This document shows positions 14,354 through 28,423 of a DNA stretch of 64,000 bases, piece by piece. Below the pieces are notes generated by a model that was not told where the DNA came from, searched no databases, and saw only the letters and a list, made by a program, of their open reading frames with translations. Source of the DNA: the human T2T-CHM13v2.0 reference genome, Homo sapiens; NCBI RefSeq assembly GCF_009914755.1, contig NC_060926.1; one strand, written 5' to 3'. The position numbers and the translations under genes are program-made. The first letter of the stretch is position 1. Every line of letters starts with the position of its first letter.

Positions 14354-17300
14354 TTTTTTTTTAAAATACTTTAAGTTCTGGGGTACATGTGCAGAACATG
14401 CAGGTTTGTTACATAGGTATACATGTGCCATGGTGGTTTGCTGCACCCAGCAACCCATCATCTACATTATGTATTTCTCCTAATACTATCCCTCCCCTAG
14501 CCCCCTACTCCACAACAGGCCCAGGTGTGTGATGTTTCCCTCCATGTGTCCATATGTTATCATTGTTCAACTCCCACCTATGAGTGAGAACATGCAGTGT
14601 TTGGTTTTCTGTCCCTGTGATAGTTTGCTGAGAATGAAGGTTTCCAGCTTCATCCATGTCCCTGCAAAGGACATGAACTCATTTTTTTACGGCTGCATAG
14701 TATTCCATGGTGTATATGTGCCACATTTTCTTTATCCAGTCTATCATTGATGGGCATTTGGGTTGGTTCCAAGTCTTTGCTATTGCGAACAGTGCCACAG
14801 TAAACATACGTGTGCATATGTCTTTATAGTAGAATGATTTATAATCCTTTGGGTATCTACCCAGTAATGGGATTGCTGGGTCAAATGGTATTTCTGGTTC
14901 TAGATCCTTGAAGGAATCACCACACTGTCTTCCACAATGGTTGAACTAATTTACACTCCTACCAACAGCGTAAAAGTGTTACTATTTCTCCACATCCTCT
15001 CCAGCATCTGTTCTTTCCTGACTTTTTATTGATCGCTATTCTAACTGGCATGAGATGGTATCTCATTGTGGTTTTGATTTGCATTTCTCTAATAATGGTG
15101 ATGATGAGCATTTTTTCGTATGTTTGTTGGCTGCATAAATGCCTTCTTTTGAGAAGTGTCTGCTCATATCCTTCACCCAGGTTTTGATAGGGCTCTTTTT
15201 TTCTTGTAAATTTGTTTAAGTTCTTTGTAGATATTAGTGCTTTGTCAGATGGGTAGATTGCAAAAATTTTCTCCATTCTGTAGGTTGCCTGTTCACTCTG
15301 ATGATAGTTTCTCTTGCTGTGCAGAAGCTCTTTAGTTTAATTAGATCCCATTTGTCTATTTTGGCTTTTGTTGCCATTGCTTTTGGTGTTTTAGCATGAA
15401 GTGTTTGCCCATGCCTGTGTCCTGAATGGTATTGCCTAGGTTTTCTTCTAGGGTTTTTATGGTTGTATGTCTTATGTTTAAGTCTTTAATCCATCTTCAG
15501 TTAATTTTTGTATAAGATGTAAGGATGTAAGGAAGGGATCCAGTTTCAGCTTTCTGCATATGGCTGGCCAGTTTTCCCGAAACCATTATATTAAATAGGG
15601 AATCCTCTCCCCATTGCTTGTTTTTGTCATGTTTGTCAAAGATCATATGGTTGTAGATGTGTGATGTTATTTCTGAGGTCTCTGTTCTGTTCCATTGGTC
15701 TATATATTTGTTTTGGTACCAGTACCATGCTGTTTTGGTTACTGTAGCCTTGTAGTATAGTTTGAAGTCAGGTAGCATGATGCCTTCAGCTTTGTTCATT
15801 TTGCTTAGGATTATCTTGGCAATGTGGGCTCTTTTTTGGTTCCATATGAAATTTAAAGTAGTTGTTTCCAATTCTGTGAAAAGTCAATGGTAGCTTGATG
15901 GGGATAGCATTGAATCTGTAAATTACTTTGGGAAGTATGACCATTTTCATGATATTGACTCTTCCTGTCCATGAGCATGGAATGTTTTTCTATTTGTTTG
16001 TGTTCTCTCTTATTTCCTTGAGCAGTGGCTGGTAGTTCTCCTTGAAGAGGTCCTTCATATCCCTTATAAGTTGTATTCCTAGGTATTCTATTCTCTTTGT
16101 AGCACTTGTGAATGGGAGTTCACTCATGATTTGGCTCTCTGTTTGTCTGTTATTGTGTATAGGAATGCTTGTGATTTTTACACATTGATTTTGAATCCTA
16201 AGACTTTGCTGAAGTTGCTTATCAGCTTAAGGAGATTTTGGGCTGAGATGATAGGGTTTTCTAAATATACAATCTTGTCATCTGCAAACAGAGACAATTT
16301 GACTTCCTCTTTTCCTAATTGAATATCCTTTATTTCTTTCTCTTGCCTGATTGCCCTGGCCAGAACTTCCAATACTATGTTGAATAGGAGTGGTGAGAGA
16401 GGGCATCTTTGTTTTTTGCTGGTTTTCAAATGGAATGCTTCCAGTTTTTGCCAATTCAGCATGATATTGGCTGTGGGTTTTTCATAAATAGCTCTTATTA
16501 TTTTGAGATATGTTCCATCAATACCTAGTTTATTTAGAGTTTTTAGCATGAAGCGTTGTTGAATTTTGTCAAAGGCCTTTTCTGCATCTATTGAGATAAT
16601 CATGTTGTGGTTTTTGTCATTGGTTCTGTTTATGTGATGGATTACGTTTATTGAATTGCATATGTTGATCCAGCCTTGCATCCCAGGGATGAAGCCCACT
16701 TGATCATGGTGGATAAGCTTTTTGATGTGCTGCTGGATTCGGTTTGCCAGTATTTTATTGAGGATTTTCACATCGATGTTCATCAGGGATATTGGCCTAA
16801 AATTTTCTTTTTTTGTTGTGTCTCTGCCAGGTTTTGGTATCAGGATGATGCTGGCCTCATAAAATGAGTTAGGGAAGATTCCCTCTTTTTCTATTGATTG
16901 GGACAGTTTCAGAAGGAATGGTACCAGCTCTTCTTTGTACCTCTGGTAGAATTCAGCTGTGAATCTGTCTGGTCCTGGACTTCTTTTTATTGGTAGGCTC
17001 TTAATTACTGCCTCAATTTCAGAACTTGTTATTGGTCTATTCAGGGATTCGACATCTTCCTGGTTTAGTCTTGGGAGGGTGTGTGCGTCCAGGAATTTAT
17101 CCATTTCTTCTAGATTTTCTAGTTTATTTGCATAGGGATGTTTATAGTATTCTCTGATGGTAGTTTGTATTTCTGTGGGATCAGTGGTGATATCCCCTTT
17201 ACCATTTTTTATTGTGTCTATTTGATTCTTCTCTCTTTTCTTCTTTATTAGTCTGGCTAGTGGTCTATTTTGTTAATCTTTTCAAAAAAACAGCTCCTGG

Positions 17301-20051
17301 ATTCATTGATTTTTTTGAAGGGTTTTTTATGTCTATCTCCTTCAGTTCTGCTCTGATCTTAGTTATTTCTTGTCTTCTGCTAGCTTTTGAATTTGTTTGC
17401 TCTCGCTTCTCTAGTTCTTTTAATTGTGATGTTAGGGTGTTGATCTAGATCTTTCCTACTTTCTCTTGTGGACATTTTGTGCTAGAAATTTCCCTCTACA
17501 GACTGCTTTAAATGTGTCCCAGAGATTCTGCTATGTTGTGTCTTTGTTCTTGTTGGTTTCAAAGAACATCTTTATTTCTGCCTTAATTTTGTTTAATTTA
17601 CCCAGTAGTCATTCAGGAGCAGCAGGTTGTTCAGTTTCCATGTAGTTGTGCAGTTTTGAGTGAGTTTCTTAATCCTGAGTTCTAATTTGATTGCGCTGTG
17701 GTCTGAGAGACTGTTACGATTTCCATTCTTTTGCATTTGCTGAGGAGTGTCTTCCAATTATGTAGTCAATTTTAGAATAAGTGTGATGTGGTGCTGAGAA
17801 GAATGTATATTCTGTTGATTTGGAGCGGAGAGTACTGTAGATGTCTATTTAGGTCTGCTTGGTCCAGAGCTGAGTTCAAGTCCTGGATATCCTTGTTAAT
17901 TTTCTGTCTCGTCAGTCTGTCTAATATTCACAGGGAGGTGTTAAAGTCTCCCACTATTATTATGTGGGAGTCTAAGTCTCTTTATAGGTCTCTAAGAACT
18001 TGCTTTATGAATCTGGGTGCTCCTGTATTGGGTACGTATATATTTAGGATAGTTAGCTCTTCTTGTTACATTGATTCCTTTACCATTATGTAATGACCTT
18101 CTTTGTCTCTTTTGATCTTTGTTGATTTAAGGTCTATTTTTTCAGAGACTGGGACTGCAACCTCTGCTTTTTTTGCTTTCCATTTGCTTGGTAAATATTC
18201 CTCCATCCCTTTATTTTGAGCCTATTTGTGTCTTTGCACATGAGATGGGTCTCCTGAATACAACACACTGATGGGTCTTGACTCTTTATCCAATTTGCCA
18301 GTCTGTGTCTTTTAATTGGAGCATTTGGCCTGTTTACATTTAAGGTTAATATTGTTATGTGTGAATTTGATCCTGTCATTATGATGCTAGCTGGTTATTT
18401 TGCCTGTTAGTTTATGCAGTTTCTTCATAGTGTCGATGGTCTTTACAATTTGGTATGTTTTTGCAGTGGCTGGTACCGGTTGTTCTTTTCCATATTTAGT
18501 GCTTCCTTCAGGAGCTCTTGTAGGGCAGGCCTGGTGGTGACAAAATCTCTCAGCATTTGCTTGTTTGTAAAGGATTTTATTTCTCCTTCACTTATGAAGC
18601 TTAGTTTGGCTGGATATGAAATTCTGGGTTGAAAATTCTTTTCTTTACAAATGCTGAATATTGGCCCCCACTCTTTTCTGGTTTCTGCCGAGAGATCCAC
18701 TGTTAGTCTGATGGGCTTTCCTTTGTGGGTAACCCGACTTTTCTCTCTGGCTGCCCTTAACATTTTTTCCTTCATTCCAACCTTGGTGAATCTGATAATT
18801 ATGTGTCTTGGGGTTGTTCTTCTCGAGGAGTATCTTTGTGGTGTTCTCTGTATTTCCTGAATTTGAATGTTGGCCTGCTTTGCTAGGTTGGAGAAGTTCT
18901 CCTGGATAATATCCTGCAGAGTGTTTTCCAACTTGGTTCCATTCTCCCCATCACTTTCAGGTACACCAGTCAGACGTAGATTTGGTCTTTTCACATAGTC
19001 CCATATTTCTTGGAGGCTTTGTTCGTTTCTTTTCACTCTTTTTTCTCTAATCTTGTCTTCTCACTTTATTTCATTGAGTTGATCTTCAATCTCTGATATC
19101 TTTTCTTCTGCTTGATCGATTTGGGTATTGATACTTGTGTATGCTTCATGAAGTTCTTGTGCTGTGTTTTTCAGCTCCATCAGGTCATTTATGTTCTTCT
19201 CTACACTGGTTATTCTAGGTAGCAATTTGTCTAACCTTTTATCAAGGTTCTTAGCTTCCTTGCATTGGGTTAGAACATGCTCCTTTAGCTCGGAGGAGTT
19301 TGTTATTACCCACCTTCTGAAGCCTACTTCTGTCAATTCGTCAAACTCATTCTCCATCCAGTTTTGTTCCCTTGCTGGCGAGGAGTTGTGATCCTTGGAG
19401 GAGAGGAGGCATTCTGGTTTTTGGAATTTTCAGCCTTTTTGTGATGGTTTCTCCTCATCTTCATGGATTTATGTACCTTTGGTCTTTGACGTTGGTGACC
19501 TTCGGATGGGGTCTCTGAGGGGACGTCCTTTTTGTTAATGTTAATGCTATTCCTTTCTGTTAGTTTTCCTACTAATAGTCCCCTCTGCTGCAGGTCTGCT
19601 GGAGTTTGCTAGAGGTCCACTCTAGACCCTGTTTGCCTGGGTATCACCAGCAGGGGCTGCAGAACAGCAAACATTGCTGCCTGTTCCTTCCTCTGGATGC
19701 TTAGTCCCAGAGGGGTACACACCAGATGCCAGCCAGAGCTCTCCTGTATGAGGTGTCTGTCAGTCCCTACTGGGCGGTGTCTCCCAGTCAGGATACAGTG
19801 GAGTCAGAAACCCACTTGAGGGGGCAGTCTGTCCCTTATCAGAGCTTGAACGCTGTGCTGGGAGATCTGCTGGCTCTCTTCAGAGCTGTCAGGCAGGGAC
19901 ATTTAAGTTTGCTGAAGCTGTGCCCACAGCCACCCCTTCCCCCAGGTGTTCTGTCCCAGGGAGATGGTGGTTTGTATCTATAAGTCCTTGACTGGGGCTG
20001 CTTTTTTTTTTTTTTTTTCCAGAGATGCCCTGCCCAGAGAGGAGGAATCTT
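14354..20051 (-). mobile_element. Near-full-length L1PA7/8-like element (5' end of 5'UTR missing), inactive
   Basis: Poly(T) plus L1PA 3'UTR at 14354; ORF2 pieces include a 308-aa RT segment (16178-17104, FADD motif) and the EN start MTGSNSHITILTLNVN (18379); ORF1 pieces 18443-19357; 5'UTR to ~20051. Confidence 0.95.
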
Positions 20052-20065
20052 GTGCTTGGTTTTTT

Positions 20066-20205
20066 GGCATGGTGGTGCATGCCTGTAATACTAGCTACTT
20101 GGGAGGCTGAGGTGGGAGGATGACCTGAGCTAGGGAGGACTAGGTTGCATTGAGCTGTGATTGCACCACTGCATTCCAGCCTGGGCAACAAAGCAAAACC
20201 CCATC

Positions 20206-20236
<31 letters not shown>
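20066..20236 (+). mobile_element. FRAM / AluJ right monomer
   Basis: Single Alu arm with long poly(A). Confidence 0.88.
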
Positions 20237-20240
<4 letters not shown>

Positions 20241-21984
20241 CTTGGCATCCTTGGAACTAGTTATAACAGAATTGAATACTGCTTGTCCTCTTTTATGCAG
20301 TTGCAGGTCACTGGGCCAGAGGTTTCTGTTTATTGGCTTTCTCTTTCTCCTCTACACTTGTCTGAACTCCCTGAATAGAAACACCTGACTGTCTACTAAA
20401 ATGCCAAGTGGTCCTGCTAACTCTCACTCTTCACATTAGCATACTTACCCTGAACTGCAAACAGGATAAATTTGGGGTATGATCTTCAGGGTTATGATTA
20501 GACTTTTCATGCTTCATCTGGTTGCCCTGATACCTGCTAGACTTGTTTAGGTTAAGGCTGAAAAACGGGCAGCAAGAAACACATACTAGGGTCCAGCTGC
20601 CCTTCTTTCAATGCTGATGGGAGCCGCACAAACAGAGCTTATGGATCTGATTGCTCAAATGTGGAGGGCGAGACTGAGATTTTTTTCTATTGAAATGTTG
20701 AAAGTTAGACAAAACATATTAAGACAATTAAATTTTATGAAATACAGTCCTAAATTTATAGAAATGTACTGCCATCTACTGCATATAAAAAATCATTGCA
20801 GGGTATGTTCCTCCCACTGGAATTATTTATAATCAAGCAGTCACACACACTGAAATGTACATGAATTTATAAGATGTGGCAACTGCCACAAAGAACTCAT
20901 TTAGACTTTTATAACCTTTAATTTTCTTATCTGAAATGTTCTCAATTTTCCATTTTGTCTCTTTAAATTCTATTTTCATATTTTCATTGAATTAATTCTT
21001 GCAATTACATTTTAAATCTTATAATGTTCTCATTCTTTGAATTCCTTCCTTTTAATAGCATCCTCTTATTTCATGTGTATGGTATTGTCTTATCTGGGGA
21101 TATGAACTGCGTTTTGTTTTTCTACTTCCTGCACCAGTTCTGTTCCCTTTGCATTCCTTCCTCCCCTCCCATTGCTTATATGGATCTCTCCCAGTCCTGA
21201 AGCGTTCCTCAGTAGTCTGATGATCGTGAGCTGTCCACTAATGCTGCTAGCAAGGTGCCAGCAAGCTGACAGCAGTGCGAGGGATTTGTTCACAGGCAGG
21301 CTTCTCTGGCCAGGATGGGCTGTTTCATTGAGAACCCTCAAACTGCCAGTATATATATGAGCATTTTTTTCTTGGACAGGATTTCTCAGAAAGGAACCCT
21401 TTAACTTCCTGCTTAAAGGATGTTAAATAGATGCCAGTTTTCTAGGAGCTTAGGAGGAGAAGGCAGCTGGGCATCTCGCTGCTCAGTGTGTAGACGTCCA
21501 CTTAATCCTCTGCTTTCAGTATAACACTCTGGCCTTCATCTCTGCCTGGTATTCCCGAATCCAGAGGTCCTGATTCCACAACTCCAGAAAATAAGACCAC
21601 CAGTGTTCCATGCGGGAGTGGGACAGTTTCCATAGGTGAAAAGGGTTAACTAGGAGGGTCTCACTGTGGCTTAACAGACTTTCCACTGCTCCCATTTTTG
21701 ACCACACTTCACCTGTCTTTGGAGGAACCTAGTGGACAAGCTTTAAGGTCTTGAATCAGCTTGCTTCTGCCCCTCTCCCCACCACCTCCTGTGGGCACTC
21801 AGCTTTCATTTTTCTGTAGTTTATTTAGTTACCAATTGCCCATTTGCTTCCTAGTTTCTAAAAATTATTTTGTCGTCTCTCTGTTATCTCTTATTCTTTT
21901 TGGCCTGGAGTTTATATTGTCTTTTTTGTTTGCTGTGTTTTGTTGGTTTTTGGATTTTGGAGGTAAAAGTAACTGTGTTACTTT

Positions 21985-22751
21985 TGAGATGGAACAGGGA
22001 CCCCTCTTAGGGGCCTGCAGCCTGTCCCCACACCAAACAAAATTTTTTTAAAATCTTGAATTCCTTAAAAAAAAATTCCAGATACCTAGCTAGCCCTAAA
22101 AAATAACATAATGAACAAAAAGATAATAACTTAAAACAATAGCCAAAAAAATTAGTCACTGGATGGTTTGGGTCTCTATAAAAACTAAAAAGAGCATCTT
22201 ATAACATACGTCCCTAAGTTGTTTTTCAAAAAACCAGACCCGCCACCAAGTGGATCCACTGACACATAAACCTCTAGTAAGGGGGAAATGAAGATTAAAT
22301 GCTGCCACTCCTTGCTCTGAATTTCTTCCTGAAGGGTCTAAAAGAAGTCATACCCAAGAGCCAGGGCCAACATTCTTTTCTGATGACCCCAAAATTTTAA
22401 ATAAAGCTTCTCTTCCTTAACCAATTACAAATCAAAAAAATCTTTAAATCTGTTACCTATAAGCCCCCACTTCAAGATATCCCACCCTTTTAGGCCAAAC
22501 CAATGTATTATAGAACCTCCATGTATTAATTTACAATTTTGCCTATAACTCTTGCTTAAAATGTACCCCTGCATTTAAAAACCCTTCCTTATGAGCCATT
22601 GAAGAGGTCAGGTCCTAAGCATAAACTGCCCAATTCTCCTTGCTTCAAGGTGCCTACAAATAAATGCCCCCCTTTCTCCTGCTGAAAACCTTGGTATGGA
22701 TGTTTGGCCTTACCATGCTGGGCAAGCAGACCCCAGTTCAGTTTAATAACA
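21985..22751 (+). mobile_element. ERV1-class solo LTR, MER39-like
   Basis: TG...CA termini; 5' motif GGGACCCCTCTTAGGGGCCTGC; AATAAA at 22659-22664; family assigned from recalled consensus. Confidence 0.75.
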
Positions 22752-24355
22752 TTGTTGAGATTTTTCATTAATTCATTAGTATTGGTATTTATTATAACTT
22801 CTAGTTTCCCTCCATGCAAATTTGACCATGCCTTATATTGTCACCTAAGTCGTTAATGAACATGGTGGCATGTCATTTGCAGTTTCTCTCCAGTCTACAT
22901 CAGTCTGTCAACATGCATTCTTTGAGTTCGGTCATTCTACCGGCTGAAGAACCAGCCACACTTTCCCATTCAATCCATAAGCATATCACAGCAGTCTTCC
23001 TCACAGACTCTGCTAAAACCCAGATACATAAAATGTAAGATAGTCCTCAGAACCACCAGTCTAGTACCAAGCAAAAAGAGTGTATCTCCTAAAAGATTGA
23101 AGTGGAAGTTATTATAGAATCAAGGATATCCTGATCAAAGAATCAAAGAATCTATCTGGATTCTAGAATGAATCCAAGGGTGAGAAGGCAGCTGGCCTTT
23201 TTGCTTGGAAAAAAAGAGTAAGTATCCTAAGGAACATCACTTCAAAGAACACACAGATGGCTGGAATCATGCCAGCACTAACATGCCCAAGTGGTTTCCA
23301 GAATCCACCTTTTGCCCACTTAAAAAATTCAGTTCATTTGGTCATTTTCTTCTGAGAATGCCTCAAAATTCTAATTTGCAGTTTCATAGCATAGCCATTA
23401 GTATAGGGACTATGGGCCTGGAGATGCAGTTCATTTCTAGTCCCCCCTTACTCATATCCTCACCCAATATCTTGGCCATTAACTCCTTTCCTACCCTGTT
23501 CAGTATTATGTTGGAGTATATATTCTTTCAATATGAACTATAGTATTATAATACTATTAGCTTTACAACACCACAGCAGGAACATTCCTCCTGTTCTTGC
23601 TCTGAATGATTTTGAAAAGCCTGTTTATTGTGGATTAGACTTCGTGACACTACTTGTAATTCAGCAACAAATTTTTATATTCATTTCTGTTTGCTTTATA
23701 CTTTCTTCCTATGAAAATGGCTAGAAAGCAGTAATGCTAAATTAAAAGAAAGATGGAATGGTGGTCGATCAGGTCAAAATTTTTTGTATGTGCATTTAAC
23801 AGAAAAACCCAAGCTGGTGTAAATATTAAAGTGGAAACTATAACAGAATCAAGGCTATCTCCTAGAACGAATCCAAGGGTAAGAAGGCAGCTGGCCTGAG
23901 GATAGAACTGAAAACTGGAAATCTCTGGGACTTCAGAGAGAACTCTCCTTCGCTCATCTTTACTTCTCTTAATGCAGACACCTCACTTTTTTTTTTTTTC
24001 AACAGAACGGGTTAACTGCTAGTTGGCCTCATTGTTCTGAAGTTCTGGCCCTACATGAACTATTTCAAGTCTGAAATTCCCAGGGAAGGCGGGAGGAAAC
24101 TCCTGATTGGCCCAGGTTGGTTCAGGAGCAGACTCCCTCCTCGATCAACTGTGATCATGCAGGAGCAGCAGAGTCTCAGTGCATAAAACAGGTACCAGGA
24201 CCCCACTGCTAAGGTGCGGATGGGAGGTAAGAGAATAGGAGCTTTTAAAAAGAGACCCCAAAAGATGTTTTTATACAGGGGCTTTGATGGGCTGAAGGCC
24301 TGGAAGACAGAAACACTGCCAATGTCTTTTTTCTTTCTAAAATAAACTTATGCTT

Positions 24356-24676
<321 letters not shown>

Positions 24677-24759
24677 TTACTCTGAACTACAGCAACTGTG
24701 TTCTTCTGAAGGAAAATCTCTGAGCAAGGAGCAGCTTACTAGTGATCTTGAACATGCTA

Positions 24760-25875
24760 TTTAATCTCTAGATACAAAGTGGTGATGACAATATCAATAA
24801 TAACTACCTTGCAGTTCCCTGAGAGAATCAGAGATAACATATCCAAAGTGTTTAGCACCATACTTAGCATACAGTAGCAGAGTAAAAACTCAGCAAATGG
24901 AAGCTATGATTTTAAAAGCTAAACAAAACTATACAATATCAGCTGGTTTTTTTTTCCCTTAGGGAGACTTATTTCCTCCACGGCTATTTAGTAGACACTG
25001 GAGCCACAGTCCAGTGAGCTAATTTAAGAGAGAAACTCGGAGCACAGAATGCTCAGTTCCACAGAATTCCAACACACAAGTCTAACTTATTACTGTATCT
25101 CAGTTACCTCTACCATTACCTATAAATGGCATAAAGTAAAAATTAAGCATGTGAAACAGTTAACCTCAATTATAAAAATAAAATGCATTTAAATTATACA
25201 CATGGAGTATACAATATATTTACTTATTGCATACAAATTCTGCTCAACTAGAAAGTTTTGTGTACAGTAGAAACAGTGGTAAGAATTTCTAATAAGTCCC
25301 AATTTTATTTCTTTGATCCTAAGCCTCTACTTGTTTCCCTCCCACAATTGGGCTGGGTGTTACTAACCCATGTGCACATTAATTACAGCATTTATTTTTC
25401 CCTAAAAAGTTGTTATTAAGCTAACAGTATATCATCTAAAAAGTACTGTTAACTTAAATTCAAGAACATATAATAAATAGTGGAGATGAGTAAACAAACA
25501 AAAAAAAAGTTTTTTACTTTATCAATCAGCAGTATGTCCTTTATTCCATACGTACTACTTGCCCAGTCTTATATTACTTGTGATCTTGAAATGGAAACCA
25601 TGTCCTGTTATTGAACAAGCTCTTCTCTATTTTTTCATCAGAAAGCCACAAATATAGATAAAGCATTTTTTTATTTGCCTTGGAGCAATATATTTTGAAT
25701 TAAGCCCAGCCTCCCATGTTTCAGTTTAGGTAGCTAAGATACATGCTGGTGAAAAGTAAAAAACTAAATTATTTGTCTTTCTGCCTACCACATAACTATT
25801 TTAAATAATTTTCTTAGGTGCTTAGTTATCATGGTCATGACATCATAAAGAGTCCCACTTTGTCTTTCCTTTAAT
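24760..25875 (-). terminator. Candidate GTF3C3 polyadenylation signals in the 3'UTR region
   Basis: Minus-strand AATAAA (TTTATT on +) at 25304, 25391, 25540, 25670; ATTAAA (TTTAAT on +) at 25870 and 24760. Which one is used cannot be read from sequence. Confidence 0.5.
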
Positions 25876-26270
25876 AATAAGCAACCTCTGTTTATACGTA
25901 TTTGAAAAACTGCCTCATGTGATATTGACAGAGCTATAGTATTAAATACAAAGATGAATAAATGGTGTGAGTGAAAAATAGTGTATTCGACTCCAAGCTA
26001 GCTCAAAGGCTTACACGTCCATTTCAACATTGGGAACAATTCACTATAGAATGTGAAAGGAAAATGACAGACCAATATACAAATTTTTGTAGGAATAATT
26101 TTGCATATATACCACAAGATCATTATCACATATTAAAAATAAATACACTGTTTGTTAGGTAATTCTGAAATTGTCATTTCTATTTTGGAGTTACAAATAA
26201 TAAGCCCTGAGACAGAAGACACTGGTCCTCACACAGCAGCTGCCATTGCTCTGTTCTCAGTTGCGGTGCT

Positions 26271-26393
26271 TTATATAGAACAATAGGTATACAAAAGCGT
26301 TTGAGCCATTCCGGTATTCCCACTGCTCTGATAGATGAGAGACAAGTTGTAGGCAATATCTCTTCGTAAGTCTAACTGGTCAAGTTCTATACC
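26271..26393 (-). CDS. GTF3C3: GTF3C3 exon 18 coding part (GIELDQL...YTYCSI*)
   Basis: tag|GGT acceptor; stop TAA at 26273-26271; 123 nt. Confidence 0.96.
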   Translation of the reverse strand, partial: GIELDQLDLRRDIAYNLSLIYQSSGNTGMAQTLLYTYCSI

Positions 26394-27224
26394 CTAGGGA
26401 GAAAAAGATACCTTTATGTTTAATATTTCCAACTGTCAACCGGGACAATTTTATGGCAAATTAATAGTTTTATAAGTGTAAGTAAGTTTTCAAAAGGTAT
26501 TAAAGCTCATGTACTAAAAAAAATTATAAAACTATGCATATACCTTGGATCAATGCTGATTCAGTTAACAGCATCATCAAATATTTTAACAGTAATTTAA
26601 AGTCTCACCCACAAGCTACGGCAGAATAAACGCCAGATGAATTTTGGATTTTAGAGTTAAAAAAGAAACCATAAAAGAAAAAATACAATGGGATAATATA
26701 ATCTTGGATAGGAAAGGTCCTTTTTATGATAGCAAAAGTAGCAACTATAAAGGGAAAGATTGGTATGACTTCATAAAAAACTTCTCTGTGTAAAAATAAC
26801 ATAGTATTAAATGAACACCAATGAGCCAATGGGAAAACAATTCCTATGCTATCACGGAAAGGCATATAAAGTGTAGGTTTAGGAGGGATACAACAAATTG
26901 ACTCCAATATTACCTCAGGGGTATTATAGTTTTTCCCACATACATAACAATGCAATGAATTCAATGGACTAGATTAGACCTATGTTTCTAATCTTCCCCA
27001 ATACAAAAACTTTGGGTCAACTGAAAAAAAAATCTGCAACAATTAAAAATGATACCTATAAAGCTCAATTAACAAGATGTAACAATATTTATGAAATAAC
27101 ACTGTATAAACAACCTTTAATAAACAATCTCTTAGGTGTATTTGAAAACTGCCTCCAGTAATATTGACAGGACTATAGTATTAAATGCAAAGATTAATAA
27201 ATGGTGTGAGTAAACAATAGTGTT

Positions 27225-27400
27225 TTTATACATATAAAAATATATATAAATATGTATATATGAATATGCGTATACACCTATTTTTATATATACATATGCA
27301 TATATAAATAATATGTATGAAATACATATATAAATATGTATAAAATATTCAAATAGTAAATTTATATATAAAAACAGCATCACTATAAAATATATATTCA
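27225..27400. repeat. Degenerate (TA)n low-complexity tract
   Basis: Direct reading. Confidence 0.85.
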
Positions 27401-27436
27401 TTTGTTTAAACTGAACAGTAATAGAAAAACAATTGT

Positions 27437-27761
<325 letters not shown>

Positions 27762-28270
27762 TTATGAGTTTTAAAAGTTTGTTTCTAATACAGTGCTATG
27801 TTAAAATACATTTAAAAATTAACATATTTCAGGATTTAAAATAAAAATCAGACTTTAAACACAGATCATCATAGTATTGGCAACACTTTACCCTATCTTA
27901 AAAAAAAGCTACATTAATACTGGTCTTTCATCTTTATAAAGAAACATGTGAATTACACTTGGAAACAGTCACAATATTCTTCACTATTCAGAGGTTACGT
28001 CTACCAGTTCCTGTCTGTAAAGCACAGGAACTACCCTGGAAACTAAAATGCTCACAGCCACAAGCTGTATATGTTCATATGGTTGCTGGTCAAGTCATAA
28101 GGCTCAGATGTCGAAGTGGTACCTGTTCCTGAACATAATTACGTAAACATACTGAATAAGAGAAAATACATTTTAATATACGAGCTATAATTTACTGGCT
28201 GGACTTAGCTAACTGCCCTTATCTACAGACAGATGAAATGAAGTGTCTCAGTTTTAAAAATGCACAATAC

Positions 28271-28423
28271 CTCTACCACAAGTGGAGGGAGCTCCAGGGC
28301 CTTCTGATAATAGTGGATTGCAAGATGAATCAGCCCCAACTGATGAAGGCCACGGCCCAAATTGTAGAATGATTCCTGGCAGGGCCCACGTAAACTGAGG
28401 TATCGATTAAGAAAGGAAAAGCC
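28271..28423 (-). CDS. GTF3C3: GTF3C3 exon 17 (GFSFLNR...PPLVVE)
   Basis: tag|GGC acceptor, GAG|gtattg donor; 153 nt. Confidence 0.96.

Noticed and set aside
16178-17104. 308-aa ORF with reverse-transcriptase motifs
   Set aside because: Fragment of L1 ORF2 in an element with multiple stops and frameshifts; not a functional or novel gene.
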